NCBI GenBank assembly: GCA_036170915.1
Contig: JAVHQC010000035.1
Location: 160,001 to 224,000, forward strand
DNA length: 64,000 bases
Reading direction: 5' to 3'
DNA from: Cyanobacteria bacterium auto_48_18
GTDB lineage: Bacteria; Cyanobacteriota; Vampirovibrionia; Obscuribacterales; Obscuribacteraceae
Shown: positions 59,994 to 64,000 of the stretch, piece after piece
How positions within the stretch are numbered: the stretch's first letter is position 1
How the letters are laid out: every line of letters begins with the position of its first letter
Position numbers and translations under genes: made by a program
Notes under the pieces: generated by a model
What the model saw: the letters and a program-made list of their open reading frames with translations, nothing else
What the model was told of the DNA's origin: nothing
The model's database searches: none

Positions 59994-60030
59994 CAAAAAA
60001 AAGCCCGGATTTAATTCCGGGCTTTTTATT
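59994..60030. terminator. Bidirectional Rho-independent terminator
   Basis: A-tract, gcccgga-tttaat-tccgggc stem, T-tract between convergent rpaB and ahcY. Confidence 0.9.
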
Positions 60031-60048
60031 GCTTCTACGAACAGAATT

Positions 60049-61455
<1,407 letters not shown>

Positions 61456-61532
61456 TCAAGGGAATATTGGTTAAAGAGGTGCGCATAGTCCTCACTCCCA
61501 CTGCTCAATGAGCGCTTTGCCGGAGCTGACCG

Positions 61533-62231
61533 ATGGAAACCTGGGCCAAATCTGTTAAACGGACGCTGCTGATTGTCGCTGCAGTAGCCATTAACAGCCC
61601 ACAGTCGGCCAATGCCATGCTTTTGTCGGGCCATTTAGAGGAACGCAAAGACAGCTCCGAAGGGCAGCAACAAACAGGCGCTGCAGGGCCTGGACTGCAA
61701 TCGCAAACGCCGACGCTCTCGCCCATGCCAAATTCTTCGCAGCAGCCCAGCTTGCCTCAGCAGCCCGCTCCTCGAGCTCAGAACCGGCCGCCTCAGGCCC
61801 AGCCGCCAAACTCGTTTCCCCTCACTTATCAAGGCGCCTGGTACTGTGAGACCACCGTGGTTGACTCCACTCTGCCTGCCGTGGCCCAGGGTCAAGTAAT
61901 CGGGTCAGAAGTAGTCTTTTATCCGGCCAAAGACGGCACCATCCACGCTCGCTGGAATCAACCAGGGTGGGTTGAAACTCAGTCGCAGGCCATAACTTTT
62001 AACGGCAGCGAAGCTAAGGCCGACCGCACTACCTATTATTTTGGCGACAATATGCAAGGTTCATGGGCCGCCAGGGCCCGCGATCAGTTTGCTCAAACAA
62101 GTGCCGATGCTATTTCTGCTAAAAGCTACGTCGATCAATATATGGATGGTCAATATTTGGGTCGTTATCGAACAGTGTCGGTTCTCAAGAGAAACGCGGC
62201 TTCGCAAAATATGGCAAACAGCATGAATTAA
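61533..62231 (+). CDS. Hypothetical exported protein (Pro/Gln linker + beta-rich domain)
   Basis: Signal-like N-terminus (SANA|M); followed by terminator. Confidence 0.75.
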   Translation: METWAKSVKRTLLIVAAVAINSPQSANAMLLSGHLEERKDSSEGQQQTGAAGPGLQSQTPTLSPMPNSSQQPSLPQQPAPRAQNRPPQAQPPNSFPLTYQGAWYCETTVVDSTLPAVAQGQVIGSEVVFYPAKDGTIHARWNQPGWVETQSQAITFNGSEAKADRTTYYFGDNMQGSWAARARDQFAQTSADAISAKSYVDQYMDGQYLGRYRTVSVLKRNAASQNMANSMN

Positions 62232-62265
62232 AAAAGAGAGCACCAGAAAAACTGATGCTCTCTTC
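62232..62265. terminator. Terminator hairpin between convergent genes
   Basis: aagagagcaccag-aaaaa-ctgatgctctctt. Confidence 0.7.
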
Positions 62266-62302
62266 CTATATATAGAACTGAATCTAAGAAGTGCTGACTC
62301 GA

Positions 62303-63667
<1,365 letters not shown>

Positions 63668-63895
63668 TTATCAGAAAAAGATTTCTGATTTCGAAGTTTT
63701 TTTGCTGCGATTTACAAAGGTTCAAGTATAATCCTTTTCACTGGATTTAAATTTGGATAGAGCATTTCTTGAAACAGCACGAAATCTTTCTCAATTTGTT
63801 TCTACCGCAGACTCGATTATTTGTTTTATTTCAAGCTCTTGTTTAACTACTGATAACAATGTTCTCTTTTGAGAACCTAGAATTGACGGCTACGT

Positions 63896-64000
63896 ATGGG
63901 CAACTTGCATGGCGGAAGTTTCCAGGCAATCCAGGAATACTTCCAACAGAAAGAGTGCCGTTTCTGTTCCAACGCTTTTAAATCTGACGGAATTCAATTA
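63896..64000 (+). CDS. Start of hypothetical protein with CxxC (runs off window)
   Basis: Manual translation MGNLHGGSFQAIQEYFQQKECRFCSNAFKSDGIQL, open to window end. Confidence 0.45.
   Translation, partial: MGNLHGGSFQAIQEYFQQKECRFCSNAFKSDGIQL

Overview
Gene-dense chromosomal window of mostly housekeeping genes. Several proteins are strongly cyanobacterial in type (RpaB orthologue, SphS/SphR-like Pho pair, CysE ending in ...GAGI, DUF2993/LmeA, ABC1 kinase, CsaB), but no photosynthesis genes are present. This suggests a non-photosynthetic cyanobacterial relative (Melainabacteria/Vampirovibrionia, possibly Obscuribacterales); this is an inference, not a database result. Core genes include def, fabF, cysE, rpe, ispG, etfAB, holA, phoR/phoB/phoU, gpmI, rph, gcvPB, glcEF, csaB/tagA, mrnC, ahcY and eno. 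I saw no rRNA, tRNA, CRISPR array, transposase or integrase. The most notable items are: (1) two tandem CpaC/RcpA-type secretin paralogues with diverged coding regions but a 175-bp perfectly identical promoter/structured 5'UTR/signal-peptide block, divergent from an rpaB orthologue; (2) a 1895-aa orphan protein with internal repeats and no signal peptide; (3) a 30-bp palindrome present twice, bracketing an ABC1 kinase + GT87 pair; (4) several truncated or degenerate proteins (CTD-only RapZ, ATPase-less OLD TOPRIM, His-less SASA esterase, degenerate GGDEF and ACAD, sensor-less PhoR).
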